Assembly (NCBI GenBank): GCA_038102935.1
Contig: JAYNYG010000005.1
Span: 6,574 to 70,573 of the forward strand
DNA length: 64,000 nucleotides
Reading direction: 5' to 3'
Origin: Alphaproteobacteria bacterium
GTDB taxonomy: Bacteria; Pseudomonadota; Alphaproteobacteria; Bin95
Part shown: positions 25,571-34,719 of the stretch, piece by piece
Layout of the letters: every line of letters begins with the position of its first letter
How positions within the stretch are numbered: the stretch's first letter is position 1
Program-made: the position numbers and the translations under genes
The notes under the pieces: generated by a model
Database searches by the model: none
Told to the model about the DNA's origin: nothing
Seen by the model: only the letters and a program-made list of their open reading frames with translations

Positions 25571-26751
25571 TTCGACTTCGCCCAACGACGCTTCTTGCGC
25601 GGCGGTAAGCCTGGCGCAGCGCGGCCCCAGGCCGTTGTGTAGAGATAATGCGGCCCAGGTCCCCAAGCGCCGCCGGCGCCAGGTTTTGGATAGACGCGGT
25701 TGCGGCGGCCAATTACGCTCCCGGCGATTATTGGCGCGGATGTGGCGAAGGTTGCGGGTCTGACGATTGGCGGCGGGATTTCTGGCTCGAGCGCTTCAAT
25801 GCTGTCTGTATCCTCATCAGTTTCTGATGCTGCAGCGAGCGCCGCCGCGCGCTCTCTACGATGCACTTGCGCCTCGCGGTGCGAGATATACATGCCTGCG
25901 GCGAACACGATAAACGCGCCGAGCGCCGTCCATGGACTTAGAATTTCCCCGAGCAGCAGAAATGCGCCAACGGCGCTGATCGGGAAGCGCGCGAAGTCTA
26001 GTGGCTGAAGTGCGGAAACTTCCTGCATAGAGAATGCGCGGACATGCAGGCTGTGCGCGCCCATGGCCAATACGCCCAGCCCGCCCATCCAGGCCCAGCC
26101 TTCCCAGGTTGGCGTTTGCCAGACGAATAGCATCGGCACGAAGGCGATCGCGGCCATCATGATCGCCTGATAGACAAGGATCGTGTTGATATGCTCAACC
26201 GATGTCAGCCGCCGGATCACAATCAGCGTGGCGCCCCAGGTGGCCGATGAGAACAGCACCAGATAGACGGCGGAATTCACCTCTTGGAACCCTGGCCGCA
26301 CGACGATCAATGCGCCAAGGATGCCGACGAAAATCGCGGTCCAACGCCGAAGCCGCATCTTTTCGCCAAGGATGAGCGCGGCCAGCAGCGTCGCCCAAAT
26401 CGGGCCGGTAAAGCCGATGGCTGTGAGGTCCGTAATCGCCATCAGCGGTACGGCGTAGAACCAACACATCATGGATGAGCCGTTGAGGACCCCACGTAGC
26501 GCCAGCATTCCAGGCCGATTGGGGCGCAACACGCCAATGCCGGATGTCGCGAGCACCATCGGCAAAATGATCAGTAATGCGAAAAAGTTGCGGAAAAACG
26601 CGATCTGGAAGGGATGCAGCCCTGTATCTGCCGCGAGCTTCACAAAAATGGAGTTGAACGCGAACATCGAACACGCGCCCAGCATAAACAGCGAGGCGGC
26701 GACCGGTTTGATCTCACGGGTGTTGGATGCAGGCGCGGACATATCTTTCAA
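25567..26751 (-). CDS. EamA/DMT-family transporter with about 95-aa Gly/Pro-rich C-terminal tail
   Basis: 394 aa. The N-terminal 300 aa are a clear paralogue of the downstream EamA (shared FFRN, ALILGE..RLRRWTA, HREAQ motifs). Low-complexity tail (GAGGAWGPGPHY..., PPRKKRRWAKSK) may be real or a read-through. Confidence 0.68.
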   Translation of the reverse strand: MKDMSAPASNTREIKPVAASLFMLGACSMFAFNSIFVKLAADTGLHPFQIAFFRNFFALLIILPMVLATSGIGVLRPNRPGMLALRGVLNGSSMMCWFYAVPLMAITDLTAIGFTGPIWATLLAALILGEKMRLRRWTAIFVGILGALIVVRPGFQEVNSAVYLVLFSSATWGATLIVIRRLTSVEHINTILVYQAIMMAAIAFVPMLFVWQTPTWEGWAWMGGLGVLAMGAHSLHVRAFSMQEVSALQPLDFARFPISAVGAFLLLGEILSPWTALGAFIVFAAGMYISHREAQVHRRERAAALAAASETDEDTDSIEALEPEIPPPIVRPATFATSAPIIAGSVIGRRNRVYPKPGAGGAWGPGPHYLYTTAWGRAAPGLPPRKKRRWAKSK

Positions 26752-26917
26752 AGCGGATCATAGACCAACGCCTCTGTGCAACCCGCGCTATTTACGCGCC
26801 CCCGCCATGCGCCGGACGCAGGCAGGTTCAAACGCACCCGAAATCCGTTGGCGGCGGCCTGAACGCTCCGCTATGCTCTGCCGCTAACCTACTGGTTCAA
26901 GTTGAGTGAGAGTTTCT

Positions 26918-28873
26918 ATGTCCGAGCCCATGTGGACGCCATCGGAAGAGCGCGTCGCCGCATCGAACATGCGCGCGTTTATGGATTATCAGGCCGATGT
27001 GCATGGCCGGGAGTTTGAGGATTATAGCGCGTTGCATGCCTGGTCCGTCGAAGACCAGGCTGCGTTCTGGAGTGATTTCTGGGATTGGTCAGAAGTCATC
27101 GCCGAGACCAAGGGAGAGCGTATCCTGGTCGATGGCGACAAGATGCCGGGCGCGCGCTTTTTCCCGGACGCCAAGTTGAATTTCGCTGAAAATCTGCTCC
27201 GCCACGCCAGCGAAGGCCCCGCGCTCATCTTCCGCCGCGAGGATGGGATGGAGCGGACGATGTCGGGCGACGAGCTGGAAGCAATGGCGAGCCGGGTCGC
27301 ACAGGCGTTATTGGCGATGGGCGTCGAGCCGGGCGACAGGGTGGCCGCGTATATGCCGAATATCCCAGAAAGTGTCGCCTGTATGGCGGGCGCTGCGGCG
27401 ATTGGCGCCGTGTGGACATCATGCTCGCCTGATTTTGGCGTTCAGGGCGTGTTGGACAGGTTTGGTCAGATTGAGCCGAAGGTCGTGTTTACCGTCGATG
27501 GGTATGTCTATGCCGGTAAAGGACAAGATATCCGCGCGAAGGTAGCCGAAGTCGCCGCTGGGCTGCCCAATATGGAGCAACTCGTCGTCATCCCGTTCCT
27601 TGAGAACCGGCCGGACCTATCAGATTTGCCTGACGCTGTATTGATCGACGCCTGGCTGGCCGATCATCATGCGGGACCGGTGCCCTACAAGCAGCTTCCC
27701 TTCGACCACCCGCTTTACATTCTCTATTCCTCCGGCACGACGGGTGTGCCGAAATGCATCGTGCATTGCGCCGGCGGGGTGCTGCTGCAGCATCTGAAAG
27801 AACACATCCTGCATGCAGATGTGAAGCTGGGCGACCGGTTGTTCTACTTCACCACCATGGGCTGGATGATGTGGAATTGGTTGACGACAGGCCTCGCATC
27901 GGGCGCCACGCTGATGCTCTATGACGGGTCTCCCTTCCACCCCAATGGCAACGTGCTTTGGGACTATGCGGCAGACCAGAAGTTCAAGTTTTTTGGCACC
28001 TCCGCCAAATTCATTGAAGGCTGCCTGAAGGCGGGTATTGACCCGAAGTCCACGCATGATCTGTCTGAACTAAAGACAATCCTTTCAACGGGTTCGGTGC
28101 TTGTGCCAGAGGGCTTCGATTATGTGTATGAGCATGTGAAAGAGGATGTGTGTCTGGCTTCCGTATCAGGCGGTACGGACCTTGTCGCCTGCTTTGTCGG
28201 CGGCGACCCGACGAGCCCGGTATATCGCGGCGAAATCCAGGCGCCGGTGCTGGCGATGGATACGGCGACGCTCTTGGAGGACGGCACGCGCGCGCCTGTC
28301 GGCGAAAAAGGCGAGCTTTGCTGCATGAAGCCGTTTCCTTCCATGCCCTTGGGCTTTTGGGACGATCCAGACGGCGCCAAATATCATGCGGCCTATTATA
28401 ATGTTTATCCGAATGTCTGGCGCCATGGCGACTATGCCGCCTTCACAGAAACTGGCGGCATGGTGATCTATGGCCGGTCAGACGCGACCTTGAACCCTGG
28501 CGGCGTGCGGATCGGCACGGCGGAAATTTACCGGCAGGTCGAGCAGCTCGAAGAGGTCGTTGAAAGTATTGTGATCGGCCAGGAATGGCAGGGCGATACG
28601 CGTGTGGTGCTGTTCGTGAAGCTACGGGATGGGGTGACGCTGGGCGATGATTTGATCCAGCGCATCCGCCGTCGGGTTCGCGAGCATGCGTCGCCGCGCC
28701 ATATGCCAGCGAAAATCGTGCAAGTTCAGGATATTCCGCGCACCCGCTCAGGTAAAATCGTTGAGCTGGCGGTGCGGGATACCGTCCATGGCGTCCCGAT
28801 TAAAAACAAAGAAGCCCTGGACAACCCAGAAGCCCTGGAGCACTTTCGCGACCGACCAGAACTTGCCGACTAG
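26918..28873 (+). CDS. Acetoacetyl-CoA synthetase (acetoacetate--CoA ligase), AMP-forming
   Basis: About 651 aa. N-terminal W/F-rich region (AFWSDFWDW) typical of AACS, and AMP-binding motif YSSGTTGVPKCIVHCAGG. Start taken at ATG 26918; ORF track 26906 is a GTG. Confidence 0.8.
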   Translation: MSEPMWTPSEERVAASNMRAFMDYQADVHGREFEDYSALHAWSVEDQAAFWSDFWDWSEVIAETKGERILVDGDKMPGARFFPDAKLNFAENLLRHASEGPALIFRREDGMERTMSGDELEAMASRVAQALLAMGVEPGDRVAAYMPNIPESVACMAGAAAIGAVWTSCSPDFGVQGVLDRFGQIEPKVVFTVDGYVYAGKGQDIRAKVAEVAAGLPNMEQLVVIPFLENRPDLSDLPDAVLIDAWLADHHAGPVPYKQLPFDHPLYILYSSGTTGVPKCIVHCAGGVLLQHLKEHILHADVKLGDRLFYFTTMGWMMWNWLTTGLASGATLMLYDGSPFHPNGNVLWDYAADQKFKFFGTSAKFIEGCLKAGIDPKSTHDLSELKTILSTGSVLVPEGFDYVYEHVKEDVCLASVSGGTDLVACFVGGDPTSPVYRGEIQAPVLAMDTATLLEDGTRAPVGEKGELCCMKPFPSMPLGFWDDPDGAKYHAAYYNVYPNVWRHGDYAAFTETGGMVIYGRSDATLNPGGVRIGTAEIYRQVEQLEEVVESIVIGQEWQGDTRVVLFVKLRDGVTLGDDLIQRIRRRVREHASPRHMPAKIVQVQDIPRTRSGKIVELAVRDTVHGVPIKNKEALDNPEALEHFRDRPELAD

Positions 28874-28989
28874 GTAGCGGGCGAAGCGCCGCAGGCTGCG
28901 CTTTCAGCCGCGCGAATGGGCGGCATCGGTTGCGCACTGGGCCGCGCCACTCTATATCGGCACATCCGCTCATTAGCTCAATCCCTTCC

Positions 28990-28994
28990 AGGAG
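28990..28994 (+). promoter_or_regulatory. Shine-Dalgarno AGGAG upstream of yajC start
   Basis: AGGAG ends 11 nt before ATG 29006. Confidence 0.5.
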
Positions 28995-29005
28995 TAGCAT
29001 TGCTC

Positions 29006-29401
29006 ATGTTTTTCCCGCCCGCATATGCACAGTCCGCCGGCGGCGGCGCTGGCGGTTTCGGCTTCGAACAGATGTTGCCGTTCCTGTTGATCTTCGTTGT
29101 TTTCTATTTCTTGCTGATCCGTCCGCAGCAGAAAAAAGCCAAAATGCATCGTGAGATGGTTGGCAATCTGCGCCGTGGCGACAAAGTCGTCACCGCTGGC
29201 GGCCTGATCGGCAAAGTCGCGAAAGCGCCTGAAGGCGGCGAAGTTGATGTTGAACTTGCTGAAGGCGTCAAGGTGAAGGTCGTGCGCGAAACGATCTCCC
29301 AAGTCGTGACGAAATCAGCGCCGCCGGAAGGCTCACCGCCACCGGCTGCAAATGAAGACAACAAAGGCGGCGGCCTGCTCGGCGGCCTGTTCAAGCGCTA
29401 A
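29006..29401 (+). CDS. yajC: Preprotein translocase subunit YajC
   Basis: Single TM with YajC signature LIFVVFYFLLIRPQQKK; precedes secD-secF. In-frame ATG 29006 follows AGGAG. ORF track start 28916 adds 30 non-conserved residues. Confidence 0.8.
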   Translation: MFFPPAYAQSAGGGAGGFGFEQMLPFLLIFVVFYFLLIRPQQKKAKMHREMVGNLRRGDKVVTAGGLIGKVAKAPEGGEVDVELAEGVKVKVVRETISQVVTKSAPPEGSPPPAANEDNKGGGLLGGLFKR

Positions 29402-29425
29402 CCAGGAAGGCGGCAGGCGCGGACC

Positions 29426-31015
29426 ATGCTCTATATCGAAAAGTGGAAGGCCGCGCTGATCGTCCTGATCTGCGTCCTTGGAATTGCCTATAGCGCTCCC
29501 AATTTCTGGCGGAGCGCGACTGCGATTGACGAGTCTGATATCCCGGGATGGTTGCCGCACAAAACGGTCAGCTTGGGCCTTGATCTGCAAGGCGGCGTGC
29601 ATTTGCTGCTGCAGGTGGACATCGCCGCTGGCGTCCGATCCCGCGCCGCTGCGTTCGAGGACACGGTCCGCACATCGCTCCGTGGCACCGGCATTCGTCG
29701 TACGCCGCCGGAACGTGGCGGGGCTGCTGTAAAGTTCCGCACGCTGGACCCGACTAATGCTGAGCGCGCGGCGGCCCTGATCGCAGAGAATGATCCAAGT
29801 GCAGTTGTGACCGTCGGCGACGCTGGCGAAATCACAGTTGGCTTCACGGAGACGGATGAAGAACGCCTCCGCCTCGCGATGTTGACGCAGACGATTGAAA
29901 TCATCCGCCGCCGCGTCGATGCGCTTGGCACAAAAGAACCAGTCATCCAGCGCCAGGGCGATGACCGCATCGTCGTGCAGGTGCCGGGCTTTGATGATCC
30001 GGAACTGCTGAAAGAAGTGATTGGCACGACGGCGCAGCTTGCGTTCCGTTTGGTCGACACCACCTCCGATCCGTCGACTTTTATCGCCCGCCCCGGCCTG
30101 GAGCGCTTGCCGCAGCAGCGAACCGCCGCTGAGGTGAAAGACAACCTGCCGCCAAGCCAGTATTACGTCGTGCGCTCTTCCCCAGTGGTGCCAGGCGCGT
30201 TACTGATCGACGCGCAGCCATCCTTCCAAGATAGCCGTCCGGTCGTGTCGTTCCGCTTCAACGGGGCTGGCGCCCGGCGCTTCCTGGACCTGACCGGCAA
30301 GCATATCGGCGAGCCTTTGGCGATTGTGCTCGATAACGAAATTATCAGCGCGCCGACCATTCAGGCGGCGATTGGCGCCAACGGCATCATCACCGGCCAA
30401 TTTTCCGTGCCTGAAACCCAGCGTCTGTCGCTGCTGCTGCGTTCCGGCGCATTGCCTGCGCCGGTGGAGTTCATTCAGGAAGCCAGCATTGGTCCGGGCC
30501 TCGGTAAGGACTCGATTGAGGCTGGCAAGCTCGCCTGCATCATTGCATTCGCCGCCGTCGCCATATTCATGGCGCTGTCTTATGGGCTCTTTGGCGGCTT
30601 CGCTGCATTTGCCCTGATCCTGAATGGCGGCCTGATCATTGGCGCGCTTTCCGCATTGCAAGCAACGCTGACGCTGCCCGGCATCGCCGGGATCGTGCTA
30701 ACAATCGGTATGGCGGTTGACGCCAACGTGCTGATCTTTGAGCGAATACGCGAGGAGCTATCCGTCGGCCAGTCGCCTGTCGCGGCGATTGATGGCGGCT
30801 ACCGCCGGGCTTTGTCGTCGATCATCGATAGCCAGGTGACGACGCTAATTGCGGCGGTCATTTTGTTCGCCATGGGCTCCGGCCCCATCCGAGGCTTCTC
30901 AGTCACGTTGACCATCGGCATCGTCACATCGCTCTTCACGGCGATCTTCCTGACGCGGCTGATGGTGGTGATTTGGCTCCGCCGTGCGCCCCGCCGCACC
31001 AGCTTGCCGATTTAA
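29426..31015 (+). CDS. secD: Protein translocase subunit SecD
   Basis: 529 aa, N-terminal TM plus large periplasmic domain (LGLDLQGGVHLLLQVD) plus C-terminal 5-6 TM bundle; followed by secF. Confidence 0.9.
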   Translation: MLYIEKWKAALIVLICVLGIAYSAPNFWRSATAIDESDIPGWLPHKTVSLGLDLQGGVHLLLQVDIAAGVRSRAAAFEDTVRTSLRGTGIRRTPPERGGAAVKFRTLDPTNAERAAALIAENDPSAVVTVGDAGEITVGFTETDEERLRLAMLTQTIEIIRRRVDALGTKEPVIQRQGDDRIVVQVPGFDDPELLKEVIGTTAQLAFRLVDTTSDPSTFIARPGLERLPQQRTAAEVKDNLPPSQYYVVRSSPVVPGALLIDAQPSFQDSRPVVSFRFNGAGARRFLDLTGKHIGEPLAIVLDNEIISAPTIQAAIGANGIITGQFSVPETQRLSLLLRSGALPAPVEFIQEASIGPGLGKDSIEAGKLACIIAFAAVAIFMALSYGLFGGFAAFALILNGGLIIGALSALQATLTLPGIAGIVLTIGMAVDANVLIFERIREELSVGQSPVAAIDGGYRRALSSIIDSQVTTLIAAVILFAMGSGPIRGFSVTLTIGIVTSLFTAIFLTRLMVVIWLRRAPRRTSLPI

Positions 31016-31027
31016 GGGGCAGAAATC

Positions 31028-31978
31028 ATGGCGATACTTCCGCTTCGCATTTTTAGCAGCCGCCCGAACTTCAACATCGTTCCGCGCCGGAAAGTGGCCT
31101 ATGTGCTTTCCCTCGGTGCTATCGTTGGCTCGCTGATTGCGCTCTTTGCGCTCGGCTTGAACCTCGGCATTGATTTCCGTGGCGGCTCGCTGATTGAGGT
31201 GCGTTATCCGACGCAGCCAAATATCACGGAGCTTCGCAGCAAGGTCGATGCGCTAAATTTGGGCGAGGTCACAATCCAGGAGTTTGGCGAGCCGACGGAT
31301 GTGCTCGTGCGCGTCCAACGCCAGGGCGATGCCGTTGAAGATCAGACGGGCGCCGTCCAAAAAGTGAAGGCGGCATTGGGCGCGGACGCCGATATCCGAC
31401 GGACGGAATTCATTGGGCCGACGGTTGGCGAGGAATTGAAAGAAGCTGGCGCTATCGCGGTTTTCTTGGCGCTTTTCGGTATCGTCGCTTATGTCTGGTT
31501 CCGATTTGAATGGCAATTTGCCGTCGCAGGCGTTCTGGCCTTGGCGCATGACGTTGCGATCACCATCGGGCTGTTTGCGGTCACCGGGTGGGAATTCAAT
31601 CTGGCGACAGTGGCAGCCTTGCTGACCATCGCTGGCTACTCGATCAATGATACGGTTGTTGTGTTTGACCGGGTGCGTGAAAACCTGCGCAAATACAAAA
31701 CCGAAGCGTTGCCGAGCCTGCTGAACCGGTCCGTGAACGATACCCTGTCCCGCACGGTAATGACCTCTGTGACGACGCTGATCGCGCTCTGCGCTTTGGC
31801 CGTATTCGGCGGCGAGGTGATCCGCAATTTCACCTACGCGCTGATCTGGGGCATCTTGATCGGCACCTATTCCTCAATCTTCGTGGCCGCATGCTTGCTG
31901 CTGCAGTTCCGCGATGTTCGGAACGTCCGCCAGCCAGCGGCCGAAAGCGGGCATATTCCACAGCCTGAAATCGACTAA
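31028..31978 (+). CDS. secF: Protein translocase subunit SecF
   Basis: 316 aa, GLNLGIDFRGGSLIEV periplasmic motif and C-terminal TM bundle; follows secD. Confidence 0.9.
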   Translation: MAILPLRIFSSRPNFNIVPRRKVAYVLSLGAIVGSLIALFALGLNLGIDFRGGSLIEVRYPTQPNITELRSKVDALNLGEVTIQEFGEPTDVLVRVQRQGDAVEDQTGAVQKVKAALGADADIRRTEFIGPTVGEELKEAGAIAVFLALFGIVAYVWFRFEWQFAVAGVLALAHDVAITIGLFAVTGWEFNLATVAALLTIAGYSINDTVVVFDRVRENLRKYKTEALPSLLNRSVNDTLSRTVMTSVTTLIALCALAVFGGEVIRNFTYALIWGILIGTYSSIFVAACLLLQFRDVRNVRQPAAESGHIPQPEID

Positions 31979-31998
31979 GACGCTGAGGCCAATGCGCT

Positions 31999-32376
31999 AT
32001 GGCTGACGTCACCCCTGTTATCCCAGCCGGCCGTCAGGTCATCGAAACCTATGGTGAGAACCGGTTTCATGTGACGGGCGTTCGCTATGAGCATGCGCTG
32101 ATCGTGCTGCCGGAGCAGGTGATTGAATGGATGCCGAAGTCCTGGGAAGACGTCACATTGGCCAGCTTCCAGCCGTTGATTGACCTGCTGGCGGCAGATG
32201 TTTTGCTGTTGGGCTGCGGGCGGCGCGCGCAATTTCCATCAAGGGACATTCGCCAGGGCTTGCGTGACGCCGGGATTGTGGTCGAGCCTATGGATACTGG
32301 TGCCGCATGCCGGACCTATAACGTATTGATGGCCGAGGACCGCCGGGTCGCGGCGGCTCTCTTGCCCGTAGAATAA
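31999..32376 (+). CDS. Mth938-like (DUF498/DUF598) domain protein
   Basis: 125 aa; motifs ETYGENRFHVTGVRYEHALIVLPE and LLLGCG resemble the Mth938-like family. Confidence 0.55.
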   Translation: MADVTPVIPAGRQVIETYGENRFHVTGVRYEHALIVLPEQVIEWMPKSWEDVTLASFQPLIDLLAADVLLLGCGRRAQFPSRDIRQGLRDAGIVVEPMDTGAACRTYNVLMAEDRRVAAALLPVE

Positions 32377-32390
32377 GACTGAGAATAGCC

Positions 32391-33593
32391 ATGACGATCA
32401 ACTGGGATGAGGCCTATGCCAGCCGCGCTAAATCCATGGGCGCGTCCGAAATCCGGGAGCTTCTGAAAGTCCTAGAACAGCCTGACGTCATCTCATTTGC
32501 TGGCGGCATCCCGGACCCGGATTTGTTTCCCGTTGAGGCCTTCCAGCAAGGTTTTGCACAAGCGCTTGGCCAAGCAGAAAACGCTGAACGCGCCCTGCAA
32601 TATTCTGTTAGCGAAGGCGCTATCGAACTCCGCGAATGGATCGCAGGCTATATGAAGCGGATGGGCGTTGAATGCAGGCCCGCCAATATTCTGATTACCT
32701 GCGGCTCGCAGCAGGGCTTGGAGTTCCTTGGGCGCCTGTTTATTGGCCCAAGCGATTCAGCCTTAGTGACCTGGCCCACATATCTTGGCGCGCTGCAGGC
32801 TTTCAATTCCTATGAGCCCAATTACACGCGCTTTGATCCGCGCGCGAATACGGAAATTCCAGCGCCGGGGGAAGGCGAGCCCGCGCAATTTGTCTATGTC
32901 GTGCCAGATTTCGCCAACCCGACAGGCGAAACGCTGACCCTGGATGAACGCAAACGCGTATTGGCGACAGCCGCTGCGGCAAATGCCGTCGTCATTGAGG
33001 ACGGCGCCTATTCTGCCCTCCGCTACGATGGCGAAGAGCAGCCGCCTTTGATCGCGATGGATTGCGAGGCCGAAGGCGGGATCGACAATTCGCGGGTGAT
33101 CTATTGCGGCACTTTCTCCAAAACACTGTCGCCTGGCCTCCGTGTTGGATGGATTACGGCTGCAGCGCCGCTGATCGATAAGCTTGTGCTGGTGAAGCAG
33201 GCGTCCGATTTGCATTCCGCGACGCTGAACCAGATGGCGCTCACATATGTCGCCGAGACGATGTTTGACGCCCAGGTGGCGCTCGTCCGCCAAGCCTACC
33301 GAACACGCCGGGATGCGATGCTGGCGTCACTGGAGCGCCACATGCCCGCTGGCTTCTCCTGGAGCAAGCCGGAAGGCGGGATGTTTGTGTGGGTCGAGGG
33401 ACCGGAAGGCCTGGATGCCCGCAAGCTCTTGGATCGCGCCGTGATGCACGACCGGGTGGCGTTTGTGCCGGGCCAAGCCTTCTTCGCTGATGGATCAGGC
33501 AAAGAGACCATGCGCCTCAGCTTCTCGCTGGCTGAGCCATCTGAGATTGAGGAAGGCGTCAAACGCCTCGCGAGCGCCATCGCTGCTATGTAA
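32391..33593 (+). CDS. PLP-dependent aminotransferase, class I/II fold (ARO8 / 2-aminoadipate-type, no HTH)
   Basis: 400 aa; fold-type I features including the PLP-lysine region FSKTLSPGLRVGW. Confidence 0.75.
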   Translation: MTINWDEAYASRAKSMGASEIRELLKVLEQPDVISFAGGIPDPDLFPVEAFQQGFAQALGQAENAERALQYSVSEGAIELREWIAGYMKRMGVECRPANILITCGSQQGLEFLGRLFIGPSDSALVTWPTYLGALQAFNSYEPNYTRFDPRANTEIPAPGEGEPAQFVYVVPDFANPTGETLTLDERKRVLATAAAANAVVIEDGAYSALRYDGEEQPPLIAMDCEAEGGIDNSRVIYCGTFSKTLSPGLRVGWITAAAPLIDKLVLVKQASDLHSATLNQMALTYVAETMFDAQVALVRQAYRTRRDAMLASLERHMPAGFSWSKPEGGMFVWVEGPEGLDARKLLDRAVMHDRVAFVPGQAFFADGSGKETMRLSFSLAEPSEIEEGVKRLASAIAAM

Positions 33594-33613
33594 AGGTTTG
33601 CGGGGGCGGCGAT

Positions 33614-33661
33614 GGGCAGTTAGGCTTTGCAGCCAAGACTACAGTCCTAAGGAAACTGCCC
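33614..33661 (+). promoter_or_regulatory. 5'-leader hairpin overlapping the translation-initiation region of the LLM oxidoreductase gene
   Basis: Perfect 8-bp stem GGGCAGTT (33614-33621) / AACTGCCC (33654-33661) enclosing a 32-nt loop with two mini-stems (GGCT..AGCC; GACT..AGTC). The SD AAGGA (33649-33653) sits inside, and the 3' arm lies between SD and ATG 33663. Confidence 0.3.
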
Positions 33662-33662
33662 C

Positions 33663-34499
33663 ATGCATGTCGGCGCTCATATCTTTCTGACAGATTACTC
33701 GATTGCGCCGCAGGAGTTGGGGCCAGCGCTGGAGCAGCGCGGGTTTGAATCGCTCTGGCTGCCGGAACACAGCCACATTCCGCTGCCGCGTGTCTCGCCT
33801 TGGCCGGGCGGCGGCGACTTGCCGAAGAAATATTATGATGTAATGGACCCGTTTGTGGCGCTGGGCGCTATCGCTGCGTCTACGAAGACGCTGAAGATGG
33901 GCACCGGCATTTGCCTCGTGATCCAGCGCGACGTGATCCAGCTCGCTAAAGAGGTCGCCACGATTGACCAGCTGTCGGGCGGTCGGTTTCTGTTTGGCGT
34001 TGGGGCTGGGTGGAACGAAGAAGAGATGTCCGATCACGGCACGGACCCCAAAACGCGCTTCCGCCTGATGCGTGAGAAGATCGAGGCGATGCAGGCCATT
34101 TGGACCCAGGATAAGCCGAAATATGACGGAGAGTTCATCAAGTTCGGCGAAATGATGACTTGGCCAAAGCCCGTCCAAAAGCCGCATCCGCCTGTAATTG
34201 TCGGCGGCGCATTCCCATATGGCGCGCGCCGGGCGATCCGCTTTGGCGATGGTTGGATACCGCTTGGCGGCGGGCGTGGAGAGAAAATCGTGGACCAGCT
34301 TCCACACTTCCGACAGATGGCGGCGGAAGCCGGTCGGAACCCGGATGACCTTGAAATCAGCGTGTTTGGCGCCAGGCCCGATGAAGAAGAGTTGAAGAAG
34401 CTGAAAGGCGCAGGCGTATCCCGGGTCACCTTCGATCTGCCGTCCGCGCCGTCTGAAGAAATATTGCCGATGCTCGATAAATTGGCGAAAATGATCTGA
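33663..34499 (+). CDS. LLM-class (luciferase-like) flavin/F420-type oxidoreductase
   Basis: 278 aa TIM-barrel LLM family (MHVGAHIFLTDYSIAPQELGPALEQRGFESLWLPEH). Confidence 0.72.
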   Translation: MHVGAHIFLTDYSIAPQELGPALEQRGFESLWLPEHSHIPLPRVSPWPGGGDLPKKYYDVMDPFVALGAIAASTKTLKMGTGICLVIQRDVIQLAKEVATIDQLSGGRFLFGVGAGWNEEEMSDHGTDPKTRFRLMREKIEAMQAIWTQDKPKYDGEFIKFGEMMTWPKPVQKPHPPVIVGGAFPYGARRAIRFGDGWIPLGGGRGEKIVDQLPHFRQMAAEAGRNPDDLEISVFGARPDEEELKKLKGAGVSRVTFDLPSAPSEEILPMLDKLAKMI

Positions 34500-34515
34500 C
34501 AGGAGGACTGGCCAC

Positions 34516-34713
34516 ATGCGTATCTGCGTCGACGCCGACAAATGCGAAGGCCACAACCGCTGCTATTCCCTAGCGCCTGAACTATTCGAGGTTGACGATC
34601 TGGGCGTCGCCAGCGCCCTGAATGAGGGTCATGTGCCGCCTGGCCTGGAAGACAAGGCGGATTTGGCCATCGCCAACTGCCCGGAATTCGCAATCTCCAT
34701 CATTGAGGAGTGA
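34516..34713 (+). CDS. Small ferredoxin (3Fe-4S/4Fe-4S type), probable P450 redox partner
   Basis: 65 aa: MRICVDADKCEGHNRC...ANCPEFAI Cys pattern; 6 nt upstream of the P450 gene. Confidence 0.7.
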   Translation: MRICVDADKCEGHNRCYSLAPELFEVDDLGVASALNEGHVPPGLEDKADLAIANCPEFAISIIEE

Positions 34714-34719
34714 CGCAGG

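Noticed and set aside
28916-29005. 30-codon N-terminal extension of yajC in the ORF track
   Set aside because: Conserved YajC begins at the downstream ATG 29006, which is preceded by AGGAG; the extension is not YajC-like
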